A DNA stretch of 64,000 bases. Source: Naegleria gruberi (lineage: Eukaryota). Below, one piece after another: positions 44,376 through 56,359 of the stretch (within the stretch, counting starts at the first letter, position 1; each line of letters starts with the position of its first letter). The notes below the pieces were generated by a model. The model saw only the letters and a program-made list of their open reading frames with translations, was not told the origin of the DNA and ran no database searches. Position numbers and translations under genes: made by a program. The stretch lies in the NCBI GenBank assembly GCA_000004985.1, contig GG738888.1; one strand, 5' to 3'.

Positions 44376-46527
44376 TTAATGGTAAACATCACGAATGGAT
44401 TTAATTCTTATATTGGAAATGAATTGATCCAAATTTTGAATTCTTAATTGATGATTTAAAGTGGAGAAGCGAATAGTTTCTGATCTTTCTTTCAACATCA
44501 TTAGTCCATTCCTGTCAAATCTTCCTGAATTTCCATCATTTTCTAACCAAACATAAAAGGCAACTTGATCTGAAATCAAATCAAATTGAACCACTGTTCC
44601 ATCCTCCAATAATTTTGCATTGATAATTTTAAAGTTTGTTTTTGGCAAATCAGTGACAAGTGCCAATGGTGAGAGGAAGTGAACATTTTCAGAGATAATC
44701 TCATTAGTAGAATAGTCGGTCAAGGACATGTGGACAAAGCAACGATTCGAAAGGAAGCACAAACTTTCTAGGATGAGCATTTCACTTTCCTTTGCAAAAA
44801 TCATTTGTCCAGAGAGTGGTTGAATGGAAAGGTTTGGGAAATTCAAAGTCTTTTTGATTTCACCATTCGAATATTGAATTATTTTCACAGTGACTGATGC
44901 TGTCAATTGTTTCATTCGATCAGTGGTGACAAAAATCTTAAACCATCCTCCCTGTTCGTAGGATAACACAAGACTCTCTGAGAAGAAATCCTTAACAAAG
45001 TAATGCATCATCTTCCATTTTAATCCATATTCCAAAGACGCCCAGTCCACAGTTTGCCAAATCGAATTCAATTGCCAATATAGGGCTCCATATGTTTGAA
45101 CATTTGGATCATCCCTTAGAGATCTGTAATATTCAGTTTGAGCTTTCATGCAGAGAGCTTGCGAGCATTGAGACAAGTAAATGAAATTTTCAAAATTTCC
45201 ATATAAATTATCAAATTTGAAATGATTTCCTATTTGGAAGAGTATTTGATTGGTACCGTCTGGATGGTGTTGTCTATGATTCATTAGTGTGGAATTATAG
45301 AACCAATCCTGGGCCATACTCACAGATTTGAAAGTTTGTAATGAGGCAAACGATTGATGTCCATACTCAGACATGAATCTGGCTCTTGGGAAATTATCCA
45401 CGTTGGTACAAACTGTACTGTAATCATAATAGTGAACATCTCCCAATGAGGTAGAGTAAGGATTAAGCCAATATCCAACGTATGGCTCTTCAGAAATTAC
45501 TCCCTTTGAAGGGCTTGATGGCCAGAATGGTCTTGAACTATCCACTTGAAGAAGATTTCTCCTCACCGTCTCGAAATATAATGTTCCATAATCGACAATG
45601 TATCTCATCTTGTTTGTGTTTGAATTAATCACTGGCGAGTACCAAGTATCTCCCCACAGAGAGGCCTCATTCTCATTACTTCCACTCCACATGATAATTG
45701 ATGGATGGTGCATCAATCGAGTTGCTTGTTGTTGAATTTCCTTTGAAATACTTTGTAGGAATAGTTCAGTTCTTGGATAGGTAGCACATGCAAACATGAA
45801 TTCTTGCCAAACCAATATTCCCTTCTCATCACAAAAATCATAGAAGGAATCTCTTTCAAAATTTCCACCTCCCCAAATCCTCAAAGTATTTTGATTGGAT
45901 TCTATGAAGGAATCGAGTAAATTTCTCAAATCTTGGTCGCTCACTCTTTCAACAAATGAATCTGGAGGAATGTAATTGGAACCTTTGGCAAATACTGGAA
46001 TTCCATTAATTTCAAAATAGAATGATTTGCTTGGATTGTTGATTGGATCAGTTTCTTGGATTGGCTTTTGAATTATTTTCACTTGTCTGAAAGCAATTCG
46101 TTTTTGTAAAGTGTCGTGGAATGATTGACTGGTGAGTGAGGCTTTCACTTGATAGAGAGGTTGAGACCCATAGCCAACTGGATACCATAATTGAACATTT
46201 TGGCAGGGAGTTGTTAATTCGAATTGTAAAAATCCATTCGAAATTTCACATTGATTGATGTTTACGATTTGAGAATTGGAGCAAATGGAATTTGATGAGG
46301 AATCTTCAATGTTCACTGAAATTTTGATTTGTTTTGGTAAATTAATCTCTGATACTACTTGAATGATGAAAGTGGAATTGATTTTGAACGTATTCGAAAG
46401 TGTTGGAATAATTTCTGCTCCGTTTCTTTTTGGAATAATATTAGATACTGGAAATGTTTCAATTCTCAAATCTTTCAATGTTAGAGAATTATAAACTGTT
46501 ATCAACTTGACTTGTTTCCAAATTCCT
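44376..46527 (-). CDS. Beta-mannosidase (glycoside hydrolase family 2), exon 2
   Basis: GH2/beta-mannosidase blocks: [53 protein letters not shown]. The frame is open upstream to a CAATAG acceptor at 46528-46529. Confidence 0.8.
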
Positions 46528-46571
46528 CTATTGATTTTTTATAAATTAGTGAGGAAATATTCGAAACTTAC

Positions 46572-47218
46572 ATTGGAGCAAAACAAGGACCCCAATCCCA
46601 TGAAAACGAAGATTGTGTCTTTCTTATAAAGTTTCTATTCAACTCACCATGCTGAACTTGCTCATTATCACTTGTTGGAATTGGATACAGACTTTCCTTT
46701 GCTTTCCGTTTCGAATATTCAATAGCAGATTGAAATTTCACAACCAACAAATTGGATTTTTCTCTTATCAAATCAGTTACATCAATCTCAATCTTGTGAA
46801 ACATATTCTCACTACCTCCAATCCACTGTCCATTCAATTCAATATCACAAACAGTATCCAATCCATCAAATTGTAAATAAATTCGTTTCATTTCGTTCAT
46901 TTTCATGCCACTTCCCAAATCAAATTGATTTGTAAATATCCACCCCTCCAAAGCCACCCATCTCAACAGTACATCATTAAATCGATAATACGGATCAGGA
47001 ATTACACTCCGATTATAGAGAATGGTGTGGACTGTTGCTGGAATTTGAAAATTACATTCTCTGATGGTTTGATTGTTGTTTTGGAGACACCAACCTTGAG
47101 AGAGGGGTAATTCTTGGTGTTGTTGTTGTTGTATGGATGTGTGTGCAAGGCTGGTTGAGATCAAAAGAAGGAAAGAGATGAAAAAGAGTTCGTGCATTTT
47201 TTTATGAGATTTAGCCAT
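46572..47218 (-). CDS. Beta-mannosidase, exon 1 with signal peptide (44-bp intron 46528..46571)
   Basis: Signal peptide LFFISFLLLISTSLA. The exon ends ...SFSWDWGPCFAP-AT|GTAAGTTTCG (phase 2). The TAA that ends the ORF is inside the donor. The spliced read is ...CFAP-I-GIWKQV... Confidence 0.75.
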
Positions 47219-47412
47219 TCACCCATTGAATCAAAGTTTACAATGAGAATATCATAACTATCTTTTATCAAAGTTTAAGGGTTCGAGCCATTGGTTAAAT
47301 CTGAATTTTATTGAATGGAGTACTATTGAATTAAAGCTGCGTTTATTGAAAGAAGAGCAACAATTTAAGAAACGACTGCTCAACATCTAAAGGGATTTCA
47401 TAATGAATGTAA

Positions 47413-47485
47413 GCTGGCGTAGCTCAGTCGGTAGAGCGTTGGTCTAATAAGCCATTGGTCGCCGGTTCGATCCCGTCCGTCAGCA
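47413..47485 (+). tRNA. tRNA-Ile(AAT): tRNA-Ile (anticodon AAT)
   Basis: GCTGGCG-TA-GCTC-AGTCGGTA-GAGC-G-TTGGT-CTAATAA-GCCAT-TGGTC-GCCGG-TTCGATC-CCGTC-CGTCAGC-A. Closely parallels eukaryotic tRNA-Ile(AAU). There is one T-stem mismatch. T-runs follow at 47491-94 and 47498-47502. Confidence 0.85.
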
Positions 47486-47505
47486 TGAAATTTTATATTT
47501 TTATT

Positions 47506-48871
47506 TCAGTAATTGAAAATCTTCAAGACAGAACCATAGAAACCATAAACTTTTCTTTCCTGTGAATCAATTGCCAAACATCCACAAACTGTTCCTTCAA
47601 CATACAATATTGTCACATATTCACATGTCTTTCCATTATAAATTCTCAAATAATTGGAATCGTATTCTGCCTCAAAAATAAAATTATTCTTTGCGTCCAC
47701 ATTCACCACGTACGGCTTATCAAATTGAATTTCCACTCCACACGGAACATTCTTAATAATTTTCCCTTCTTTAGAAACAAATAAGAGTTGATTTTTTTCC
47801 TTTTCACAGACAATCAAGTGAGATTGATCTGCACTGAGGCACATGTCCGTTGGGAAGGTAATTCCAATACCAGTGATGGTTCTTGATAATTTTCCATCCT
47901 TGGAAAGTACAAGAATATCGCCATTAATAGCATCACCTACAAATATTGTACCATCTGAGTCTTGGCAAGTAACACCTTTGGCTCTTCTGATTGGATATGA
48001 CCAAATTTCTTTTCCATTCTTGGAAGAGGAGAATTTAGAAACCTTTCCCATGAATGAAATTACAAAGCTATCATCAATGCTGGAATAACACATCTTGTCT
48101 GGCATATCTCCTAGATTGGTGTGAACTTCAATCTTTCTACTTGTCAAATCCAAAGATAATAAATTTGAATTTAAAAAGTTACTAATTATCAATCTGTTGT
48201 GCTTCTTTTGTAAAACCATACCGAGAGGATTTTTAAAATCCAAATATTCATCATAATTTCCAGTTGACTCTATTTTGTCGACTTCCTCCAAAAATATCAA
48301 TGCATTTTGATCTTTGGATTCTTCAGTAGTAGCATTGGGATCATCCAAGGCAAAATCCAAATCATCCAAGTTCAAATCCAAACCGTCCAAATTCAAATCC
48401 AAACTATCCAAGTTCAAATCTAAATCTTTCAAACTCAAACAAGCAACAACCATTTCAGCCGAAATTCTGTCCTTTGGATTTCTTCTCAACATGGAATAGA
48501 CAAGGTCAATAAAATCTGTAGAGAAATTTCCTCTTTCCAAAATCTTTTTGGATATAAATTTCTTGAAATCTTCTTCATCTTGACTTGTGACAAGTGTTGC
48601 CAATGATGTGACCATATCAAAAGTAGCAAGTTGATACATGGAAACACCCAAAGCAAACATATCAGATGCAAATGAAAATGGATTGGATCCCATATTACTC
48701 ACAGAATATTCGACCAATTCTGGAGCTAAATAATTCATTGTACCCGCAATAGCAACTGATTGAGTGAAATTTTCCAAAGATTTAGCCAATCCAAAATCTC
48801 CCAAAGCAACAGTAATAATTTCATGTTCAGGATCCAAATTTCTAACCAGAATATTATGTGGTTTGATATCT
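47506..48871 (-). CDS. Ser/Thr protein kinase with C-terminal NHL-like beta-propeller, exon 2
   Basis: Starts (R)DIKPHNILV ... DFGLAK ... APE. The downstream region has repeated blades: IFVGDAINGDILVLSKDGK, LIVCEKEKNQLLFVSKEGK, YVVNVDAKNNFIFEAE. Confidence 0.75.
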
Positions 48872-48919
48872 CTATAATTCAATTAAATCAAAGATTTGAA
48901 ACATTTTGAAATTACCTAC

Positions 48920-49992
48920 CTATGAATAGTTCCATCTGTTTTCTGCATCATGTCTAAAGCACTACAAACTTGTCTGGCCACTTCTTTCATCATATTTTCA
49001 TTCAATTCCAATTTTGGTTTCACAACCGATGAGTAAAGACTTCCCTTTGACATGAGCTCCATTTCAATACAAATCTTGGACATGACTCCTGGCAAAAAGA
49101 CATCCAATGTAGAAACAATGTGTTCATGAGTCAATTTGGTCATTTTCATGGCTTCTTGGAGTGCATTATTAATATCCGAAACATTCTCAATGATCATGAT
49201 CTTCAAGGCCTTTTCCTTTCCATTCTTTCTATCGACCACTTTATAGACAGCTCCAAAAGCACCAGCATCCAATCGAATAATTTCAGAATATCTCTTTTCC
49301 AAGATGGCTTCTACTGTTTCTTGAGAGAATGTTTCATTTCTAATAACTGAATTATTGGTGGCCTTATTGGAATTATTACCAGTACTACCAGGTGATGATG
49401 ATTCTCCTCCACTCATTGATTTGAAAGAAGCAATGCTATTTGACATTTCGAATGACATTGAAGGGAAATCTGAAGATGATGAATTTGATTTGTTTGGTTG
49501 ATATTTTACATTGATTGATTTGTCCTCTGGAGCTGCCGTCTTGGAAAATAACATGAAATCTTCAACTCCTTCACTATCAAAGATGGATACTTCCGTTTTT
49601 AATTTTACATCAAAATACGAAAGTTTACACAAACTTTCTTCCAGATTCGAATCTTGGAATTTAGATTGAATAATCTTGAAAAGCTCTGTTTTAGATAATG
49701 TATCGGAAGGATTTAATCTAATATATTGACATTCTTGTGAATTATTTGATAAATTTTGTAATTTTACCAAAACTCTTATAGGATCCGAGTTGGTTGTTGG
49801 GGATATAGTTGCTGTTTTAGTATTTGGTGATGGTGATGATTCTAAAGAAATTGTATTCTTATCTTCCTTTGATCCACCTCTCAACTTTTTCAAGAAGGAT
49901 GACATTTTTTTTGATGTTGTTGAACTTTTTGAAACAGTTTTGTTACATTTATTCACTGATGCAACGAAAGGGCTCAGATCGTTATTATACAA
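48920..49992 (-). CDS. Ser/Thr protein kinase, exon 1 (48-bp intron 48872..48919)
   Basis: GAFGAVYKVVDRKNGKEKALK (Gly loop and VAIK Lys) ... LTHEHIVSTLDVF. The exon ends ...DGTIH-AG|GTAGGTAATT. The acceptor TTATAG restores H-R-D-I-K-P-H-N across the junction. Confidence 0.75.
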
Positions 49993-50177
49993 GAGACGAG
50001 CTGTAAAATGTTTACAAAAACTGTAAATTCAACTACAGTTTTATTCCGAATACTTACCTTTTTCATTCAATTTTGAAACGTGATAAAGACTTTTGACATA
50101 TTGTAACTTTTTATTACTCCAAACTCAACAATTTTCACACCAACCATTTCAGAAAAAAAATACTATTCATCAAAAGC

Positions 50178-52562
50178 TTGGAAATGAAAGTTGTTTTCCT
50201 TTTATTTCTGCTCGTATTGTTGTTGTTTTTTTCTCAACCTTCAATTGCCTCTGATAATAGCAAGCTCAGGAGAACTTTTCTAAAAGTAATTACTCAATGT
50301 TCATGTCAAGAACAAGTAACAAGTACTTTGGAAGACTTCAATGCATGTAGAATGGGTTCATTTAAATATCAAGGAGCGGGTGATCATGTTCATTTCACTA
50401 CTGAACTCGACCACAAAACTTATGTACTATTGATGAAGGATAAGTATGTAGTTTTGACAGCAGGAGGTGGTGAAGGTTTTGATGGAGTGAATGGTACAGT
50501 GTGTAGAAAACCTGGTTATGCTGGAGATGGTGATTTGGCCATCAAGGCATTGATGAATAGACCACTACACAATTCTATTGATCAAGTTACAGGGGATCGC
50601 TACTTGACTGATTCGCGCAATGACTGTATTCGAAAGGTTTCGAATCAGTACATTGATACTGTGGTAGGAACTGGAAAGTTTGGTACTGGTACACTTGTAG
50701 ATGGATTGCCTGCAACTAGTGTAAGCTTGGACAATCCAGTCAGCACAGTTTTTGCTGCCAATCAGCTCTTCATTCAAGAAGCAAGAGGAATTCTTGTGGT
50801 TAAGAATGAAATCATTTCCATCTTTATTGATCCAAAAGCAACAAACTTTGAAATCACAACATTTGGGGTATCTCCTGATGGTTCAACAGTTTATGTGGCC
50901 ATGCTACAAAACGGATCTTCCTATTTGAAGCAATATCACGAAAACGGCACTTGGACAAACATTATGGGAACATCAAAAAGACAATTAGAGGTTAGTGAAT
51001 TTGGACACAATAAGATGGCTTTTAATTCTTCTCTCTACTTTGTGTCTGATATAGTGTTTACTAATTATGGTACTGTTTATATAATTGACAATTACTTTCA
51101 CAATGATTCTTCATTGATCAAAGCCCAGGATCCAAGAATTAGATACCAATACTCTGCAATACATAGATTAGAAGTTGATGGTTCCTTTACCACTTTGCAG
51201 GTGTCTGATGTCGATACAAGGTTTAGCGATTTAGATGTTCATCCAGATGGAAATAGGTTTATTTATTCCACCAGTGAAGGGAAAACCCAGTCTTTTATTG
51301 CAGAATATGAGATTTATTGCAATGAAGGAAAAGCACTTTCAATCGATAAGAGAAGATGTGTTCCCATTTGTGGACAATATTCTTCTGAGCATCCAATGGT
51401 CTGTAATGGTCACGGTTCATGTTTAGACAATGGTTTATGTAACTGCACTGATGGATGGAGCCAAATTGACTATTGTGAAACTCCAATTTGTTTTGAGGAT
51501 TCCTCAGATTTTGGAGGTTGTACAGGTCATGGAAAATGCATTGGTCCTGATGAATGTGCATGTTTTAAAGGTTATGCCAGTAGTGAAGATGAAGAGAAAA
51601 GATGTCAATTTACACTTTGCCATGGAACACTATCTAATAATCATTCACATGTATGCTCAGGAAGAGGATCATGTGTAGAAGTAGACAATTGTGAGTGTTA
51701 TACTGTGAATGGAGCTCTAGCCTATCAAGGAGATAATTGTGAGTATGCTCTCTGTCATGGAATTTGGTCATATGATACAATGGTTTGCAGTGGAAATGGA
51801 AGTTGTATAAATCTTGACGAGTGTCATTGTCATAAGGATTATTGGGGAGACAATTGCCAACACAAATATAGCAACTCAATAATTTTGGGTGTTGCTGTTG
51901 GTGGTTGCTTGCTAGTGATTGTAATAGTATTGATTGGTATTGTTTGGTTTACTATAACACGCAAGAACAACAAATTAAAAGGTTCTAATCAACTCTTGGC
52001 CAATGAAAAGGAACAATTACTGGGTGATAAGAAGCAATTAGCAGGTTCTTATCAACGCTTGGCCAATGAACAGAATCAATTATTAGGTGATTACGATCGT
52101 TTAAATAAGAAATTCCAAGACTTGGAAAACCAAAAAAATCTCGAGATCAATATAGAACAAAATGGCAAGGTTGTCATGAAACAAATTAATCTAAAAGATA
52201 TTGAAAACAATGCAAACAGGTATATATCTTTTGACTACTTAGGTAATTTCGGTATTAAGAAAATTGCCGAGATTAACATGACAAGATCATTTCTAATTCA
52301 TAGTCGTATTTTCGATTATCAAAAGAATGAACAGATGAGCAATGTTGTTGAAATAATTAGCATTTTCACTCAAAAAGATGCTAACCATCCTCGTCAATAT
52401 ATTGCTTTGAGACACTATCCAAATGATAGGTTAAGAGAAGCATCCTCGGTAGTGAAACAGGCTATATTCACTTTAGAAGGACTTAAAAAAGCCTTCTTAA
52501 GCATGTGTTTAGAAATTTCAAATTCTAAAATAAAACATATTCTGTTGTGGTATTCAAATTGA
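50178..52562 (+). CDS. Type I membrane protein with signal peptide, NHL/beta-propeller-like region, tenascin-type EGF repeats, TM helix and cytoplasmic coiled-coil repeats
   Basis: Signal peptide VVFLLFLLVLLLFFSQPSIA. EGF-like repeats C.NGHGSC...C.C..GW....C, about five of them. TM helix IILGVAVGGCLLVIVIVLIGIVWF. Repeated cytoplasmic motif QLLANEKEQLLGD / QRLANEQNQLLGD. Confidence 0.6.
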   Translation: MEMKVVFLLFLLVLLLFFSQPSIASDNSKLRRTFLKVITQCSCQEQVTSTLEDFNACRMGSFKYQGAGDHVHFTTELDHKTYVLLMKDKYVVLTAGGGEGFDGVNGTVCRKPGYAGDGDLAIKALMNRPLHNSIDQVTGDRYLTDSRNDCIRKVSNQYIDTVVGTGKFGTGTLVDGLPATSVSLDNPVSTVFAANQLFIQEARGILVVKNEIISIFIDPKATNFEITTFGVSPDGSTVYVAMLQNGSSYLKQYHENGTWTNIMGTSKRQLEVSEFGHNKMAFNSSLYFVSDIVFTNYGTVYIIDNYFHNDSSLIKAQDPRIRYQYSAIHRLEVDGSFTTLQVSDVDTRFSDLDVHPDGNRFIYSTSEGKTQSFIAEYEIYCNEGKALSIDKRRCVPICGQYSSEHPMVCNGHGSCLDNGLCNCTDGWSQIDYCETPICFEDSSDFGGCTGHGKCIGPDECACFKGYASSEDEEKRCQFTLCHGTLSNNHSHVCSGRGSCVEVDNCECYTVNGALAYQGDNCEYALCHGIWSYDTMVCSGNGSCINLDECHCHKDYWGDNCQHKYSNSIILGVAVGGCLLVIVIVLIGIVWFTITRKNNKLKGSNQLLANEKEQLLGDKKQLAGSYQRLANEQNQLLGDYDRLNKKFQDLENQKNLEINIEQNGKVVMKQINLKDIENNANRYISFDYLGNFGIKKIAEINMTRSFLIHSRIFDYQKNEQMSNVVEIISIFTQKDANHPRQYIALRHYPNDRLREASSVVKQAIFTLEGLKKAFLSMCLEISNSKIKHILLWYSN

Positions 52563-52933
52563 ATGTCCATGATAAAGTTGTGATGTGGTGATGAAATGTT
52601 GTATTTGGTCTTTAAACTCAAGATACAGTTCATGAATAATGTTGAAATTATATCTAACCTAACGTTGAATGTACAGATTTGAGTAGATATCAATTAAAAA
52701 ACTATACCTTCCTTAATAACCTTACTTCCATCCCAATTCAGGAAGTGCTATTTACTTAATTGTTTTAAGAACCTTCCTTAATAACTTAATCAGGGGCCTT
52801 TTTAGGTATCCATGACTTTCCACCCGAATAATCTCCAGCTTCTTAGAGCGAGTATTCGAGTTGCGTGTGGTCGAAATTCAAGCGAGTGTGGTCAGTTTGC
52901 CGACAAGCTACATAAAAAACCTTAGAAAAAAAA

Positions 52934-54000
52934 ATGGAGGGAAAACAACGTTCGTTGCTGCTGGTTGGAGAGAATTGTAAGGAGGTTGTTGATGATGATG
53001 ATAAAAGAGATTCCATTGTTGTTATTAGAGGAGGAGAGGAGAATGGAAAAATAATGGGAGATGATTTGAAAGGTGTTGAAATAATGGACGCTGAAAAAAA
53101 GGATTTGGCTGCATCTGAAATAATACCCTCATCATTGGCCACAAATAACAGTATTGCTGGTGATTCATTGTCGATGATGAAGAAGGAATTGAATAGTAAT
53201 GAGGGAAATACTCAACAACAACAACAACAACTACACAAGACAATAATATTAGGAGATGATGAGGATGATTCCTCTAAAGAAGATGAGTCAGAAAATTCGA
53301 GTTTGAGAAAGTCAGATAGCTTTACACTATCCACTGGAGAAGATTTAAACACATATCCTTCTAGGTTTTCATTTGAATATCTATTAATCAAGGGAATTTT
53401 ACATCCAAAGATGGTTTCAATAACCTTATTCATTCAATATCATACGATTTTATTCTATTCATTCTATTATCAAGATTTCTACTCTACCGTAGTGCTTGCG
53501 ATTTCTTTTATTGTTGGATTTCTGGTGAATACTCGTTTTGCACTCAACTCGATATGGGCAGCTGTCAAAGTTGGATCCGATAAAGCAGGAAATGCTGAAG
53601 ATGATAAGGGAAGAATGATTTGTAATTTAATATTATTTTCTCTACGATTTTACTATTTAAGATCAATGAGAATGATGCTCATGCCAATTTATTTCATGAT
53701 TATTACGAGTAACAATAATCTTAAACGAGAGGATATGATTTGGACTCTATTTCCAACCTATTATATTTCAATGCATTTCATAGGAAATCTTGGGTATAGA
53801 TTTCTTCTATTATTGATTGGACAGAGTACAGAAGATTTTGGATTTTTCTTTTCAGAGAATATTAGTACCATGATGTGTGTTGTAATGTTTAGTTTCTATA
53901 TTACAACCATCTCAATGCACTTGAAGAATAAGGTCACTTCACTGGAACATACAGGTAGCAAACTTCAATCAGCTCTCTTGACAAAACAAACATTTTTAAG
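52934..54000 (+). CDS. Hybrid sensor histidine kinase, exon 1 (N-terminal soluble region + multi-TM sensor region)
   Basis: An acidic, Q-rich N-terminus is followed by about six TM helices. The exon ends ...KQTFL-AG|GTAGGTCTTT (phase 2). Confidence 0.65.
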
Positions 54001-54045
54001 GTAGGTCTTTAATCATTCTAAATTACTATTTACTTTGAAATATAG

Positions 54046-55243
54046 ACATATAAGTCATGAATTCAGATCTCCATGCTTGAGCTCACTTGGAAGTGTGGAA
54101 CTTTTAAGAGAAACCAATTTGACACAACAACAAACAGAGCTTGTTGATACTATTGCTTCAGCTGATGGAATTTTACTCACTCTTATTGAGGATATTTTAC
54201 TCTTGGCTACACTTGAACATGAAAAGACTGTGGGAAAGAAAGGAGCCATTGACAAGTACATTCAAGTATTCAATCTTGGAAAATGCATGAAACTATTAGA
54301 AAATATCATTAGAAGTTATTGTACACAATTTAATGTGTCTTGTAAATTAATAATTGATGAGGTTTCAAAGAACGCTTGCGTGCGAGCTAACCAATCGAGA
54401 ATTCAACAAGTGATTAGTAACTTATTAACCAATGCAGTGAAGGCCTCCCACAAGGATGGAGTTGTAGAATTTATTTGCACCTGCGAAGGTGAGCCACGCT
54501 TGATCAATGGAATTAAGGAACAGAATTTTGTTTTCAAAGTTGTGGATCATGGTGTTGGAATTGAGAAGAGCAAGCAACAAAAGATTTTCGAGCCATTCTT
54601 TCAATTGCACAATGTCAATGAATCAACAATGCCATCATCTGGATTAGGATTGAACACTGTAATGCACAATGTACGTTCAATGGGAGGAAAGATTTCTGTC
54701 GAGTCAGACCTGGGTATTGGAAGTACATTTACAATTTCTTTACCTTTAGAATTGGTAGAAGAATCTCTAGCTAGGAATGGTTCAAAAGAGGATTTGGCCA
54801 ATTCTTCCATTAATAGACAATTACAAATTCAAGCTTCATATCTGAAATTGTTTGAGCATTCTGAAAAGGATTACAAGGTCTCCTCAAATCCTAAAGCAAG
54901 AATAATTCTGGCAGAGGATAATTCTATCAATAGAAAAGTGTTGGTAAAGTTGTTGGAAAATTTAGGATATTGTTGTGATACAGTTAGGGATGGCAAAGAA
55001 CTTGTGGAAAAGGTAGATTTTATGAAGCACAAGCTTGTCATTACAGATATGAATATGCCCAACTTGAATGGGTTGGAAGCAGCCACAATATTAAGACAGA
55101 GATACAAAGATGAGCTCAAGATTATTGTTCTGACAGCAGATGTTCTGTGTGATTTTCCAACCAATGTATTTGATGCGGTCATTATGAAACCTTGCAATAA
55201 GGCAACACTTCAGCCCTATCTAGAGAAATGGGCAAAAGAATAA
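54046..55243 (+). CDS. Hybrid sensor histidine kinase, exon 2: HisKA + HATPase_c + receiver (REC) domain (45-bp intron 54001..54045)
   Basis: The splice yields ...TFLR-HISHEFRSP (H-box). N/G boxes VISNLLTNAVKAS, VVDHGVGIE, SGLGLNTV. Receiver domain ILLAEDNSINRKVLV...ITDMNMPNLNGLE...IIVLTAD. Confidence 0.8.
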
Positions 55244-55321
55244 AAGATCTAGGTTTATTGAAATAAAGGTTTGGATCATTCATTCTTCTACAGAATGAAC
55301 ATCAGTTCACAAACATTACTT

Positions 55322-56359
55322 TCAGTTGGTTGAGTTTCTTCTATAGTTGTTTCTGTTTGTGTATTTCCTTGTGTTGGACTGCTTTCTGTTGGTGATTGAT
55401 TTTCTTCTGGAATCGTTGGTTTCTCCTCCTCTGAGGGTCCTCTTTGGTTTTTCATCTGTTTGAGTTGTTTGAGTTGTGGAGGAGTTTGGTGGAGGTCTGT
55501 ACAAAGTGGCAGATGGTCTATTATAAACTTTAGGTTTTTCAGATGATTCGTCAGAATCTGAATCTGAAGAGCTATCAGCACTTTCATTCTCTGGCGTTGG
55601 AGATCTATTATCACTGGTTGTAGGAGCGGTAGTGGTGGTATTTGTTGTCGAAGGAGCAGCCCTTCCTCTGAGTGTTCTTTTTGGTTTCTCAATTTCTGGT
55701 TGTTGTTCCACTGGTTGTTTTGCAGTTGTCTGGTTGAGTCTTTCTCTTTCCTCCCTTTCTCTTTCCTTCTCTGCTCCAGCTCCATAATTCTTACTGGCCT
55801 CGTATATTTTAGGTTGTATATTTGGATATTTGTTCTTGTGCATCTTTTTCAAATTTTCCTCACTTGCAAGTAAACTCAAATCCGTTGTCTCTATCGATTG
55901 GAGATGTAAATCTTCCATCAGTTTTAATCGATCCATTGCTACCTTTCTTTCCTTATTATCTTTACAGGCTCCAGCATTCACTCTCTTTAACAATTGCAGT
56001 GATGTGAGATAGTATCTCTCTGTTAATCTTTGATTTCTAATCGATAGTTTTGCCTTTTCTCTCAATTCCTCTTTCACTTGACTTCCAGTTTCAAATGATG
56101 TACGAGTAACTGGACCTTCCTTTACTATTGTTGCTGGTTTCTTTTCTACCGCATTGTTCAATGTTGTTGTATTTCCTCCCCTCGATACAGAAGCACTCGA
56201 AGGTCTTGGTTTTCTTGCAATGCTCTGTGCATTGTTACTATTCACTGAAGGTTTTGGTATTGTTCTTCCTTTTGGTAAGCTGGAAGGACGAGCTTGTCTT
56301 CCAGAGCCGATCGTCGATGATGATGACGATGTTGGCTTGTTAATTGTTGCTGAATTCAT
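55322..56359 (-). CDS. Hypothetical low-complexity protein with internal EKPKRTLRG(R/G) repeat
   Basis: 345-aa ORF, S/T/N-rich. EKPKRTLRG occurs twice. The overlapping ORF 55288..55785 is its alternative frame. Confidence 0.4.
   Translation of the reverse strand: MNSATINKPTSSSSSTIGSGRQARPSSLPKGRTIPKPSVNSNNAQSIARKPRPSSASVSRGGNTTTLNNAVEKKPATIVKEGPVTRTSFETGSQVKEELREKAKLSIRNQRLTERYYLTSLQLLKRVNAGACKDNKERKVAMDRLKLMEDLHLQSIETTDLSLLASEENLKKMHKNKYPNIQPKIYEASKNYGAGAEKEREREERERLNQTTAKQPVEQQPEIEKPKRTLRGRAAPSTTNTTTTAPTTSDNRSPTPENESADSSSDSDSDESSEKPKVYNRPSATLYRPPPNSSTTQTTQTDEKPKRTLRGGETNDSRRKSITNRKQSNTRKYTNRNNYRRNSTN

Noticed and set aside
52934-55243. Histidine kinase and M20 peptidase as possible bacterial contamination
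   Set aside because: The HK contains a canonical 45-bp GTAGGT..TAG spliceosomal intron. Both genes are flanked by unmistakably eukaryotic genes (NIP7, UBA, tRNAs). Base composition matches the rest of the contig.
55288-55785. ORF 55288..55785 minus (165 aa, Q/K-rich)
   Set aside because: It is an alternative frame fully nested in the longer 55322..56359 ORF on the same strand. The longer frame was preferred.
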